64,000 nucleotides of DNA from Octopus sinensis (GCF_006345805.1 NC_043000.1:136834001-136898000); one strand, 5' to 3'; numbered from the stretch's first letter, positions 27,842 through 40,695 are shown. Numbers and translations: made by a program. Notes: generated from the sequence alone by a model not told the origin.

Positions 27842-28238
27842 CTAGCAGTATCGCCCGGCGTTGCTCGGATTTGTAAGGGAAATAACTATATAAGCATTTT
27901 TAGAGAGTTATAGCCAAAAAATAGCAAAAATATGCATTAAAAATAGAAAAAAATGATGGTAATTTTTTTTTAAATGGTTGACTCATCGTAGACATTTTTA
28001 GAGAGTTACTTCCCTTATTTAATAGCGAAAAAATGCATTAAAATGGAAAAAAATGATGGTAATTTCTTTTTTTAAATCGTAGACTCATCGTAGACGCGCG
28101 CTAATACCCAGAAGGGTTCGATATGAATCACGACTATAAGATACCCGGTTTTGGTTACACTGCACCGCAAAATGTGGGAGTAGTTAGGAATCTAAATCGT
28201 AGGAGACAGACACACAACCTTACTTTTATATATAAAGA
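27842..28238 (-). mobile_element. Complete non-autonomous Helitron (397 bp)
   Basis: A|TCTTTATATATAAAA ... hairpin CCGAGCAACGCCGG ... CTAG|T on the minus strand; internal duplication of about 90 bp. Confidence 0.85.
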
Positions 28239-28667
28239 TGTCTAGTTATCTATTTTCTGTTAGTATTTTCTGTTCTTTTATTGCAATACAATGTTTAATC
28301 GTGTCCAGTCTATTGTGGGTAAGCAAGTGCACTGAAAATTGTTTGAATGAATTATAAAATTGGGGAGCATATGTTCGTCAGATATTGTCACCTCCTGTAC
28401 ATATCTGGTAGTAATTCTTAATCATTGTCAGTCTTTAGAAGTTAGCTTAAACTTGTGCCAACAATTTATAGGAGTCACTAAGTCCCATATATTTAGGCAG
28501 GCTTACTGATTCACAGACGGTCAGCGTTTTATTCAGTTATTGTGAAATGTTGGCGAACTTCAGCAACAGCAGGAGTCAAAATTGTCGACAATAAAGAAAT
28601 AAGATGACCGAAAATGGTCATGTCTACGTCATCGACACTGGCATCGTATACACATTTTTATCAGTAA

Positions 28668-28912
28668 CTAGCAGTATCACCCGGTGTTGCTTGGGTTTGT
28701 TTCGACCCTTTAGAATTGGAATTTTTGAAAAGTAAAAATTTTGCATTATGCTACTTGTTATTCTCTTCAAGTGAACATTTTTCCAGTTGAAATACACCGA
28801 AAAATGGTGACACAGCAGTCAAAGATCGTAAAAAAATAGGGATTTTCATAGAAAAAAAGCACCTTTTTGATGAAAATAATTTTTGGTGTTAACACGGTCC
28901 GATTTGAATTCA
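28668..28912 (-). mobile_element. Helitron 3' fragment
   Basis: ACTAGCAGTATCACCCGGTGTTGCT terminus nearly identical to 27842. Confidence 0.7.
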
Positions 28913-29148
28913 TAAAACATTATATGTTTAGATAGATCTTTCTTTAAGGTCGCAACTATAGGGATTACTCCTGTCAGCTAGGTGAATTAGGCCATTGTTA
29001 TCAATATACGTTATCATATTTTGATTAGTTTTGTTTATTGTCACATTCATATTCATTTCAACCAATTTCAATTTGAAGCCACACATTTTTAAAACATGTC
29101 CTCGTTATGTGTCCTCATCGGTCATTATTGTGGAAATAACAATAACAA

Positions 29149-29321
29149 TAATCTTTTTTATTAGAGGCACAAGGTCTCAAATTTGTGGGGTGGAGACTAG
29201 TCGATTATATCGACCTCAGTGTTTCACTGGTACTTAATTTATCGGTGAAACACTGGGGTCGGTATAATCGACTAGTCCTCACCCCACGAATTTAAGGCCT
29301 TGTGTCTCCATAGAAAGGATT
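29149..29321. repeat. Inverted pair of SINE-M tail-ii segments forming a hairpin
   Basis: Arms of about 78 bp; loop 29228-29244. Confidence 0.85.
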
Positions 29322-29339
29322 ATAATTATTATTATTATC

Positions 29340-29612
29340 ATTCAGTAGTTTTATTTTTATAACGTGCTTTCACTTCACTATCGAGCGCAGCTCTGTGTGC
29401 CTTAGGTATGTGCTGTGATTTGTTGTGATGCTCTGATGGTTATTGTATTGAAAGTGTTCTGCGTAGGATGTGTGCAGTGCCTAGTAGTGCAATTTTCTGT
29501 ATGTTATATGTGTTTGTAAGTCCTGGTGTTTTTGTTATGTATTTGTCTGAATATTTTTATCATGCCTAATGCACCTACTATGATAGGAATTGTTTCTGTT
29601 TTTAGATTCCAC
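29340..29612 (-). mobile_element. R4/Dong LINE 3' end inside (TAA)n
   Basis: WNLKTETIPIIVGALGMIK...IQKIALLGTAHILRRTL*; (ATT)n on both flanks. Confidence 0.85.
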
Positions 29613-29628
29613 ATTATTATTATTATCA

Positions 29629-29689
<61 letters not shown>

Positions 29690-29694
29690 CATGA

Positions 29695-29895
29695 AGGCGG
29701 CGAGTTGGCAGAATCGTTAGCGGTATCTCGTCTGCTTCTATGTTCTGAGTTCAAATTCCGCCGAGGTCGACTTCGCCTTTCATCCTTTCGAGATCGATAA
29801 ATAAAGTACCAGCTGCTTACTGGTGTCGATATTATCAACTGACTCCCTTCCCCAAAAAATTTCGGGCATTGGGCCTATAGTAGAAAGGATTATTA
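29695..29895 (+). mobile_element. SINE family M, tail ii, (ATT)n-flanked
   Basis: Family consensus ending CCTATAGTAGAAAGGATTATT. Confidence 0.85.
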
Positions 29896-30100
29896 TTATT
29901 ACTCCGCCTTAGCGAAGGCAGAGGTATTATTTCAGTCGTGTTTGTTTCTTTGTTTGTCTGTGGACAATATATCTCAAGAACCGCTGGATGGATTCGGATA
30001 AAACTTTCAGGGATGTTTGGCCTGGTGACTGCCACGAACGGACTAGATTTTGGGATTGATCCGGTACTGAATAGAGATTCTTGATTATTTGCTATATTTA
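29893..30100 (+). mobile_element. HINE/Helentron-like non-autonomous element
   Basis: Terminal palindrome CTCCGCC-TTAGCGAA-GGCAGAG followed by (TTTG)n, a DINE-1/HINE-like layout. Confidence 0.45.
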
Positions 30101-30189
30101 CCTTACCTTACATGAAGTATTACGATCTTACGTTGACTTTCAAATTTTTCTCTGATTATCTAACGACTCTGCCAGCTCGCCGCCTTCAC

Positions 30190-30235
<46 letters not shown>

Positions 30236-30237
<2 letters not shown>

Positions 30238-30583
30238 CAGAAGTAGTGGGGGAGCATCATAGCCATGTGTTGAGAGGGATTCTTTGGGGTTTGAATGATC
30301 CACCTCTGGAAACATGGGTGGTTCTTTCAACATCCTTAAACAACCCTTATTCAGGGACCTTTTTGAGCGGGATGGATTACTCAACCTGAAGAAAATTCTA
30401 ACTGGGCCCCACCTGCAAGGTCATGTGCTGTTTATCTTGATATAAGATCACCATGTCGCGCACATATGGTTGTGATGCATGTGCCTGGTGTACCTTTATC
30501 AGACCGGTAGTCATGATGGGTATATTGGGCTTCGTATATTTTACCCCAGTGTCACTTTGATGGCATGAACTGCTCTCTCACTC

Positions 30584-30585
<2 letters not shown>
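30236..30585 (+). mobile_element. Non-coding interspersed repeat embedded in (TAA)n (Dong 3' UTR or partner element)
   Basis: (TAA)n on both sides; partial second copy at about 42730-42840 (CCCCACCTGCAAG.TCATG). Confidence 0.6.
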
Positions 30586-30632
<47 letters not shown>

Positions 30633-30904
30633 GTTTCCCCGTAAGTTATGGCGGCGTTGCGGTTTCCAAAGTTTTATTTCCGTTTCTCTGTTATTAATTT
30701 TACTCGCGTCTCTATCTTAGTAGAAACTGATGGATAAAGAAATCAAACTACATAACCAAACAGCAGCAAAACTGTTCAGAAATTAAATAACACTATATTC
30801 AATAACAGTAATAAATTTGATTTATCCTCGATAATTTTTAGTTTTACTCAATTTTGAATATATCGCTCCTGTTTAAAACCACCTACCTACTTGACAATTG
30901 CATT

Positions 30905-31150
30905 TCTAGCTCTGCCTTGAAGGAAGCTTTACTTCTTGGACCCACGTTTTTGTGCGCAACGATGTTGTTAAACCTCGGTTAGCAGCACCATAAGCAGGTC
31001 CTTTCCGTTTTCTTCCACACTCGGATAAATTTTACACTACAAACCTTAATGCTCGTAAAGATATTATATCAGTGGATAGCCTAAAAAAGGCTTTCATAGA
31101 GAAAACTCTCCCTGTTCCCACCGCAGATGACACACACGCAACGTTATAAA
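30905..31150 (+). mobile_element. Gypsy LTR-retrotransposon integrase C-terminal relic
   Basis: HVFVRNDVVKPRLAAP*AGPFRFLPHSDKFYTTNLNARKDIISVDSLKKAF, the GPF/Y module. Confidence 0.8.
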
Positions 31151-31394
31151 CACGGCCTTCACATTCCATAACTACCATTAGGATCGATCAGGTACCGAAC
31201 AAGGAATCTGGATTATTTTTCTGGTTAATTACTTAATTTCTAAGAGCTGTCGAGTTCCTTATTAGTATTCTCGTTTGTGAAAGCAGTCGAGTTTACTTCA
31301 GATATTCTCATTTTAAAACTCATCTCTGGCTAATCATTAAGAGGACGTTAGTGTTGCCTAGGCGGAGCGTTGCGCTCTCTGAGTGCTCTTGTTA

Positions 31395-31460
<66 letters not shown>

Positions 31461-31610
31461 TATGTTTGACTTTTGCTTCATATTTGTACAAGTTGGCTCC
31501 AAGTCTCACCCAGAGACCTTAAGAGACAACAGGTTGGAAGTTCACGTTGTTGTTATGCCTAGTGTACCATATATTTGCTTGTTTTTTTGTGTTGTACTAG
31601 TGGATGTCTA
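31461..31610 (-). mobile_element. Probable second Dong-type 3' end inside (TAA)n
   Basis: GTLGIT on the minus strand; (ATT)n on both flanks. Confidence 0.45.
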
Positions 31611-31666
31611 AAAAAAAAATTTGTTTTAAACCTTGAGATTACATATTATTATTATTATTATTATCA

Positions 31667-31724
<58 letters not shown>

Positions 31725-31960
31725 GACGGCGAACTGGCAGAATCGTTAGCGCATCAACCAAAATAATTAACAGTATTTCTTCCGGCTCTTTACGTTCTAA
31801 GTTCAAATACAAGCGAAATCAACATTGCCTTTCGTACCTCAGGGGTCGATAAAATAAAGTGCCTGTCAAATAAAGTGCCTGATCGAAGGCTATAGACTAA
31901 CCTCCTTCCTCTAAATCGCTGGTCCTGTGCTACAATTTGTGACCATTAACATTATTATGA
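31725..31960 (+). mobile_element. SINE family M, diverged tail ii, (GAT)n end
   Basis: Family similarity. Confidence 0.75.
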
Positions 31961-32391
31961 TGGTGATGATGATGATGATGATGTCCATTACAAGATAAAT
32001 ATTATAATTTTGCCGCATAATGCACTTGTTCTCATAAAAGTTAAATATCCTCCTTCATTTCCATCTTATTACTTCTTTCCTTTTTTTTTTCCTTATTTAA
32101 TCACGGAGAATGTTAATAGAAATGAAGCAAATGATTTCTGCTGCCAAAATAAAAGTTTGACATACTGTAAGATTTGCTGAATTGCAATAAAACAAAATGT
32201 AGCCGCAAGCAAGACAAATTATTCCCCTTCTGTATACGAGAGCAGATTCGTTTTCCATTATTATTAGAATTTATCAGATGTTTACACAAATATATATTGC
32301 TTTGCAACATTTACTTCTAAATGTGGTCAGCAACATTTTATAGACTTGGATTTATAAATGATTGATGATTATCTCCCCTCTCGTTCTCCTT

Positions 32392-32440
<49 letters not shown>

Positions 32441-32546
32441 ACTTTGTATGTATGTATTATGTATGGATGCCTCTATGTATGTATGAAGATAAAAGCAAGT
32501 ATTTACGAGATAAAGAAATTGGGCTAAGATTACAGGGAAGTTATAC

Positions 32547-32684
32547 CTATTTCTTTACTACCCACAAGGAGCTAAACACAGAGCGGACAAACAAGGACAG
32601 AGAAATGGATTAAGTCGATTATATCGACCCCAGTGTGTAACTGGTACTTATTTAATCGACCCCGAAAGAATGAAAGGCAAAGTC
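32547..32684 (-). mobile_element. 5'-truncated SINE M with 14-bp TSD CAGGGAAGTTATAC
   Basis: TSD at 32533-32546 and 32685-32698. Confidence 0.88.
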
Positions 32685-33438
32685 CAGGGAAGTTATACTG
32701 AATACTTAATGGTTAGCATGCTGGCTTTGCCAGTAAAAGATGTGTAGTTCAAATTCTTTATTTGCTTATAAGGGTATATAATTAATTCTGGTGTGTGTGT
32801 GTGTGTGTGTGTGTGTTGTGCGTGTAGAACAATTAGAAGCAGAAAACTGGTATGGTATTCAATGCTTTATAGAACATACACGCGTTTCATCAAAATGCCA
32901 CATAACAGGTGTAGAAACATTAAGCAATCATGCACTTCATCTCATCAGTATTCTGCAATAAATACAACAGTCGGTGTTAAAGCTTCGAATATACACATTT
33001 TTTTCTCATTCTGCAAATAACAAAACAACCTCGAATGCAACGTAAAATAGCAGGGGACAGACATATCAAGAGACTCCGAACAATGCCATCTTTCTCTCAA
33101 GACCAACTACATGCGACCAGAAAGAAGAGAGAGAGAGAGAGAGACATAGAGAGATTGCATTTTGCAGCAAAATTATAATATTTATCTTGTTATGGACATC
33201 ATCATCATCATCATCATAATATTAATGGTCACAAATTGTAGCACAAAACCAGTGATTTAGAGGGAGGAGGTTAGTCTATAGCTTCGATCGGGTTCTTGAC
33301 AAGCACGTAATTATTTCAGTATTGTATGTCCTATAAGGCACCTGTTTAACTCTGTTGTTATTTCTTTATTGTTATTTCTATTACTTGGCTCGTATTTCGC
33401 ACACTAGCTTATCCAAAGATTGATGCCCCGAGTAATAC

Positions 33439-33551
33439 CTATTTCTTTATTACCCACAAGGGGCTGAACATAGAGGGGACAAACATGGACAGACATAGGT
33501 ATTATGTCGATTATATCGACCCCAGTGCTTAACTGGTACTTAATTTATCGA
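33439..33551 (-). mobile_element. 5'-truncated SINE M with 13-bp TSD CCCCGAGTAATAC
   Basis: TSD at 33426-33438 and 33552-33564. Confidence 0.88.
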
Positions 33552-33730
33552 CCCCGAGTAATACCGGAATGTAGAACCCATTACTGAGCCTGATTTTTGG
33601 TTGCACATCGTACTTTAGTGTGCCACTTTCATATATTATTATGTGTGAGTGAGTTTGAGGTGTGTGTGTGTGTATGTGTATATATATATATATATATATA
33701 AGTATATGTGTGTGTGCGTGTGTGTGCATG

Positions 33731-34007
33731 TCAGAGCGTCGGCTGCGGGGTCATTCCGAAAAGCTCTATCTGCGACGATTTCATCTCAATCGAAGGGAGA
33801 GGGGCTTTCTCCGTCCTGGTTGCGGATCCGTGGAATAAGCTGCTGGACGAGATGGTGAAGATGCCGACGACCGCTCGGTTCAAAGTCTCCCTTGACCACA
33901 AATGGCCTGAACTCTTTACATGAACACCACCCTGTACATAACTCCATGTCCCCCTACATGGCTTTGCTTTTTGCTTTTTGAGCCAAGAAATTAACTAACT
34001 AACTAAC
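33731..34007 (+). mobile_element. CR1-clade LINE 3' end
   Basis: LRGHSEKLYLRRFHLNR...AFSVLVADPWNKLLDEMV...FKVSLD; (CTAA)n tail. Confidence 0.8.
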
Positions 34008-34329
34008 ATATACATTATTCTTGGAGAATCGTTATTGCGCTGGACCAAATGCTTACGTTCTTTACGTTCAGAGTTCAAATATTGCTGAGCTCAGCTTTCC
34101 TTTTCATTCTTTTAGGTCGATGAAGCTACCAGTTAGAGGTCTTAAACTATTTATACCTCCTTTGAACTAATCATTAGAAATGTAAAAGTATTAGAAAGCA
34201 AGAAAACAAGCTTGATTTAATATTGATCAACGTGGATGTAGGAGGAACGCATTTGCTTTCTACATTCTCAGCTTCAATGTTTTACAGAAATTAAATTTAA
34301 AGGAAACAGAATCCAAGAAAACTAGCAAT

Positions 34330-34620
34330 GGTTTGCCTCAGTAAAGATCCAATTTATAAAGTTCCGTTGACTCAATAAGATTGGTATTTTCCAGATTAAA
34401 AGTTGTATCAGATATATTTAAGAACATACGGACATTTTCACCAAGAAATCCTGTTAATAAAAGTATATCCAGGCCATTCGAAAGTAGAAAGATACTTGAT
34501 TTCTGAAACGCGAAGAACCACATGTCAAACACGTAGCAAATTTTCCAGTACCACCATGACTGATATACAAACTACAGTGGAAAATGCTAGCCACTAGATT
34601 TGGTTGAAAAGTGACGATGA
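34330..34620 (+). mobile_element. Possible Penelope GIY-YIG endonuclease relic
   Basis: GIFQIKSC and YLISETRRTTCQTR loosely match GIY..C and YIGET.R; heavily decayed. Confidence 0.3.
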
Positions 34621-35053
34621 GCGATGGCTAGAGAAATATTAAGCTATATTTAATAACAGTTGATCTAGCAAGTGGAGCCTCTTATCAGTGAAGGGAGCCG
34701 GTGCGCATTGATACCGTCGAGAGGTAGGCCCCGAAACGGCGCGCATTCTCTCCTGATGACCCCATACACTTGCTGGCTTCCAGTATGCGGAGTTTTCGAC
34801 TGGTAGCACTTGCATGTGCAAGTTGTTTGCAAGACAACTTCTAGAGAGTATCAAAACTGTACGTTGGCAATCCAATTCGATTTAGTGCTCAGAGTTACAG
34901 CCATTAAAGCGTTACATACATTCACCTGACTGATGTTCCACTGAGATCATGAGTACAGCAATTCAGAAAGAGCCTCAATACATATTATGCAAAAAGAACC
35001 TTGCTCAGAGAGAGATATGTAGCAAAAAAATAACTGTATTTATCATAGTCATA

Positions 35054-35226
35054 GGCGCAGGAGTGGCTGTGTGGTAAGTAGCTTGCTTACCAACCATATG
35101 GTTCCGGGTTCATTCCCATTGCGTGACATCTTGGGCAAGTGTCTTCTACTATAGCCTCGGGCCGTCCAAAGCCTGGTAAGTGGATTTAGTAGAGGGAAAC
35201 TGAAAGAAGCCCGTCGTATATATGTG

Positions 35227-35285
<59 letters not shown>

Positions 35286-35497
35286 TTTTATGTCCGTGTT
35301 TGTCCACCCAACATCGCTTGACAACCGATGCTGATGTGTTTACGTCCCCGTAACTTAGCGGTTCGGCAAAAGAGACCGATAGAATAAGTACTGGGCTCCT
35401 AGAGAATAAGTCCTGGGGTCGATTTTCTTGACTAAAAGGCGGTGCTCCAACATGGCCGCAGTCAAATGACTGAAACAAGTAAAAGAATAAAAGAGTC
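35054..35497 (+). mobile_element. SINE family K with expanded internal (TG)n
   Basis: Family consensus. Confidence 0.88.
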
Positions 35498-35913
35498 ATA
35501 CCTCCAGATGTGGTTGTAGCTTGTATCTATGCCTTAGATATATATTGGTGTGTATCCGTGCATGTGTGTATGTGCGTATCCGTGCATGTGTATCTGTGTA
35601 TGTATGTGTATGTGCGTGCGTGTGTCTGTGTACCTGTTTGTGCGTGTGTATGGGTATGTATGTGTGGAGCGTTGTGTTTGCGTGTGAAATGAACAAATAT
35701 GTATTAGAAAATTAGTAGTATCAAAGCATGTGTCAGACTGACATTCAACTTGTCAACATCTCTCCTATCACAATGTCTATTTTGTTACTGTTGCATCTCT
35801 CAAACTATCATTCTCTCTCTCACTAACTCTTCCCTCTCTCTTTCACTCTCTCTCTCACTTTCTCTCTCTCTCCCTCTCTCTCTCTCTCGCTCTTTCTCTC
35901 TCTCTCTCTCTCA

Positions 35914-35983
<70 letters not shown>

Positions 35984-36224
35984 GAATGGTTGTGCGGTAA
36001 GAAGCTTGCTTCCCAACCACATGCTTTTGTGTTCAGTCCCCTGCGTGGCACCTTGGACAACTTTCTTCTACTATACCCTCGGGCCGACCAAGTCCTTGGA
36101 TTTGGTAGATGGAAACTGGAAGACGTCCATAGAGCGTTATACATATACACATTAATACTGGACAAAAAACATATATATTTTTTTTTTACACGAGACCAAA
36201 AAGTAATTGGCAAGACTATGTTAG

Positions 36225-36241
36225 AAAAAAGTACATATATG

Positions 36242-36303
<62 letters not shown>

Positions 36304-36502
36304 GACATATACAAATATATATAATACATATACATATACACATATATATGCATATTTACATATATACTCATATATACATATATATACATATACACATATA
36401 TATATATATATACACATATAAATACATATACACATATATATATACATATATATGCATATATATACATATATATATATATATATATGCATATATACATATA
36501 TA

Positions 36503-36540
<38 letters not shown>

Positions 36541-36752
36541 TATATATATACGTATATGTACATGTATATATATATATATACGTATATATATATATGTATA
36601 TACATGTATTTATATAAATACATATATAAACATATACATATATAAATATATACATATGCATATATATATACATATATACTTGCACATATAGACATATATA
36701 TACATGCATATATATACACATAGATACATGCATATATATACACATAGATACA

Positions 36753-36800
<48 letters not shown>
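36225..36800. repeat. Long compound (TA)/(TACA)/(TGCA) microsatellite
   Basis: Direct read; it produces the 202-aa YIYI pseudo-ORF. Confidence 0.95.
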
Positions 36801-36803
<3 letters not shown>

Positions 36804-36974
36804 AATATTAGGGAATAAATCCAAATTTACAGGGAAAAAAATCAGATTTAGGATTAAATCGATTTTATAGTAAAATATTATAAAATATTATTCGAGACAA
36901 AACCACTATTTTGCAAAACAAACAAGGAAAGACTTAATCAATACATAAATTTTAATAAATAGTCAAAAAAACCG

Positions 36975-37017
36975 CCACTACAATCGTTTCTTGTCTTGAT
37001 CGACAATCTTCAGGTGG
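36975..37017 (-). ncRNA. Minimal type I hammerhead ribozyme, intact core
   Basis: CCAC-CUGAAGA-UUGUC(GAUCAA)GACAA-GAAA-CGAUU-GUA|GUGG. Confidence 0.75.
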
Positions 37018-37074
37018 ACTTCCAATAATTCAGTGTCAAATTATGAAGTAATTTGACACTGAATTATTGGAAGT

Positions 37075-37117
37075 CCACCTGAAGATTGTCGATCAAGACA
37101 AAAAACGATTGTAGTGG
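37075..37117 (+). ncRNA. Hammerhead motif with G12A substitution (probably inactive)
   Basis: Identical to the other arm except GAAA reads AAAA at 37102. Confidence 0.65.
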
Positions 37118-37570
37118 CGGTTTTTTTGACTATTTATTAAAATTTATGTATTGATTAAGTCTTTCCTTGTTTGTTTTGCAAAATAGTGGTTTTGTCTCGA
37201 ATAATATTTTATATATATATATATATATACATATATATTCATGCATATATATACAGACACATACGGATATATATACATATATTCCTGTATATATATATAT
37301 CTACGTAGTTTATCTGAATGGAATTTCGGGGATATATGACGAAATTTTATTTTACCCTTTTTAGTTGTTTGACTTCTCTTATTATCTAAATCAATCAGTT
37401 TTGACCCCACTGTTTATGCACTTTTAAGAGAATATCTTTCATCCCGACTCTAGCTTCTTGCGCAGGAATTTTTAAAATTTCCACAATTTTAATATCTTTC
37501 CTTGGTACCTTTTATTCAGCAATATGACTGATGAAATATTAACTTACTATTGTAAAAAAATTTTAAAAAG

Positions 37571-37852
37571 ACTCCGCCGGTTACGACGACGAGGGTCCCA
37601 GCTGATACGATCAACGGAACAGCCTGCTCGTGAAATTAACGTGCAAATGGCTGAGCATTCCACAGACACGTGTACCCTTAACGTAGTTCTCGGGGATAAT
37701 CAGCGTGGCACAGAGAGTGACAAGGCTGACCCTTTGAAATACAAGTACATCTCATTTTTGCCAGCTGAGTGGACTGGAGCAACGTGAAATAAAGTGTCTT
37801 GCTCAAGGACACAACGCGTCGCCGAGAATCGAACTCACAACCTTACGATCAT
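37571..37852 (-). mobile_element. tRNA-SINE, head C, tail Y
   Basis: Matches 10352-10670. Confidence 0.8.
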
Positions 37853-38129
37853 GTAAAAAAATTAGACCAACACTAAAACAGTATGTTTTAGTGTTCTTTC
37901 ATGTTGGGGCTTTTAAGATTTGAAAGAAGCAATAGATTCGCCAAAATAAATACGTTTAAGTTGTTTTAAACTTTTTAAATGTCCCGAACATACTACCAAA
38001 TAAAGAAGAAATATATTCGATGATATCTCTGTTTTGTGTCCACGTTAATATAGAAAGATGGGGGAAGACATTTTACTATTTTATTTTTGGGGTTTGGTTT
38101 TTTTTCCCCATTTTGAAAAACTCTTCAAT

Positions 38130-38560
38130 AGTGTTTCAGTAAACCACTTAGAGAAGCACTACTACAAAGAATCAATAATCACCCCGTAAATATTTTCCTT
38201 AACTGTTTCAATTATTTGCTTCTTCATTCAATAAGAATATTTAAGATTGAAACTTATATGAAAGACTGGAATTTATCAACATTAAAAGGCAAGCGACGCT
38301 AATTATACCAAGAACTTTGTTTCTCTAAATCTTCTAACATTTTAGCACTCTCAGACACAATCTCGAAAAATCTTGAAGTTATCAGTAAAAAGCTTGCATA
38401 TAGTTTCAATTAACGATAAAATGACATTTATAAAACCAATAAACTTTATTGGGCCTAAACAATCGTACTATAATACACAATATGATTGCTTAGAAACATT
38501 ATCTGCTGTCAATGTAGACATTTTATCTGCTTCCTACCCATTTAATATTTTACCCTAGAA
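38130..38560 (-). mobile_element. CR1/L2-like RT relic
   Basis: CLGPIKFIGFINV...ICKLFTDNFKIF (LGP.LF..IN and LFADD equivalents), LPFNVDK. Confidence 0.55.
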
Positions 38561-40695
38561 CTCATAGTGATTGTAAGTACTTGCGGCAAAGTGAACCTAA
38601 TGTCTATTATATATTCTGAATGAATCGGATTTCATGATATTTCCAACATCATAAAATCAATTAATCAACCCATAATATATCCTTCACTTATTTAATAATT
38701 TATCTTTTGCTCAGAGCTGATTATGTTTGAATTCTAACTACACATTTGTTAATAAGATTTTTAGATATAGGTCGTGTATTTTTATTCTTTTACTGCCTCT
38801 AGTCAATCAAATAGACGGTAGTATAAACTTTCAGTCTGATACTTATTTCAGTTTGTTGCTTGACATGAAGAGACATCATATTTTAGATCTCAAACTTAAA
38901 CACACAAGTTTCTGCACACTTTCTGTCTCCCAAATTTCATTCACAATGTATTGAACAACCAGATTTTATACTAAAAGATAGACGCCAATTATACTTCACG
39001 GATGGACCGAACACAAAACTAATTAGTTGTGATGCGAACTCCTAATTCTACGGCCACACCTGCGCCTGTAATTTATAAGAGTACTATACAAACATTAATG
39101 ATATAATTCTTGACGAAGATAGATCTAATTCAAGGAACATGAATTCTACACTGCTATGAAACGTTTACACTGCAAAAGATTTTAGAATACACGGTTGATC
39201 AGATCCAAATTTCTATTGCATTATGTTTCAATTTAATAACCTGTTATTACAATTATTCATGCTTTTAAACAAATCTGTTAAACGAAGATTATAACTGAAG
39301 AAAATCACTTTCTGCAAAACAACCAGTGTTAATTCACTTCTCACAACGTTTCTTACAATTCATGTACTTTAAAAAATAGCACTGAAGATACACAGTGTGA
39401 AGTAAATGTACATTGACTAGTTTGGTATGCTAAACAATTTTCTTGAATGCAGTAAGAAATCTGGAAAACTTAATTAATATTACAATAGAATTGCCAATAT
39501 TTCATGAAACATTCTAAGTGAGAATAGTCTACAATATAAGTTGACAAGAAAGAAAATGGATAAGCATTTGCTTTTATTGATCTCTTATCGATAAGATTTT
39601 GAGTTTAATTGAAATGAATCATTCTGAGATAATGGTAATGTTTCCTTCAGCTAACACAGTAATTATTATTCTTTTCACTGCCCAGAATACAGAAAGCATT
39701 CATCAATGCCTTCACACACACGCGCGCGCGCGCAAACACACACGCACACAAACATACTCACATACAAATACACAACGTGGACGCACACTCACACACACAC
39801 ATATGTGCAGCTTAAAAGGAATGCATATGTCTTTACATGTGCGATTGTTCCATGGTGTAATTCACACAGTTTTGTACTTCTGTAGCTGAGGGGCATATCG
39901 TTTCAATGGGGTCGTAGGATTTCCTTAAAATTTGCTAAGAATGTTGAATAAACCCCAGGCATTGCAATAGACATTGAAAAATATGCTGATTAGAAAAATA
40001 ATTCATTTCAAGTAATTATGTAAGTTAGACCTGTCTTTTGTTTAGAAAAAGTATGTTTTCTCAGAAAATAAAAAAACAATGTAAAAAGGATTTTTTAGGT
40101 CCTGTACCATTTTCACACATTTTAATTACTTTAAATTAAACCATCTTCTGAATTATTCAGTATCTTTTATCGCAATTTATTCTAAATATATTGAATTCAG
40201 TGATCGTCCTCGTTTTAGTTATAGTATATCCGTTAGGCAGTTAATGAGAGGAATTCCTCAGTTGTATTAAATTGGATTTCGATCTGTTGGTTGTTGCTGT
40301 CTGGTGGCTTACTTTTTTGTATTTCTTATTTTTGAGTGGTGAAGATGTTTTGCAGGGATTATGCAAGTTCTTGGGTTATTTCTGTTCCTAGGACGAGTTA
40401 GTAATCGGATTATGTATAATTCTATTATACTGCATGCAAATGTTCGACTTGCTGTAATAAGGCGAATATGAAGCATATGTATATATATATGTACGTATGC
40501 ATCTACCTCTCTCTCTCTCTCTCTCTCTCTATGTATGTATGTATGTATGCATGTGCGTGTGTGTATATCTTATTGAAAATTATATGACTGGTTTTTCTGA
40601 ATTATTTATCTTTGTGCATTTGTGCTTTAATTATGCAAACTGCCCAAAGTCATAAATGGTATCTACTCTTTATATATATATATATATATATATAA

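Larger units (their letters stand above)
36801..37213. mobile_element. Palindromic Penelope-like pseudo-LTR element in (TA)n
   Basis: Near-perfect inverted repeat 36879-37213 with loop 37044-37048; each arm carries a hammerhead motif; second copy at 40696-41135. Confidence 0.75.

Noticed and set aside
34700-34760. CCGTCGA...GAAACG and a nearby CTGATGA, hammerhead-like
   Set aside because: No stem I pairing, and stem II cannot form with the CTGATGA.
36216-36824. 202-aa ORF and similar [12 protein letters not shown] ORFs across the window
   Set aside because: Translations of microsatellites.
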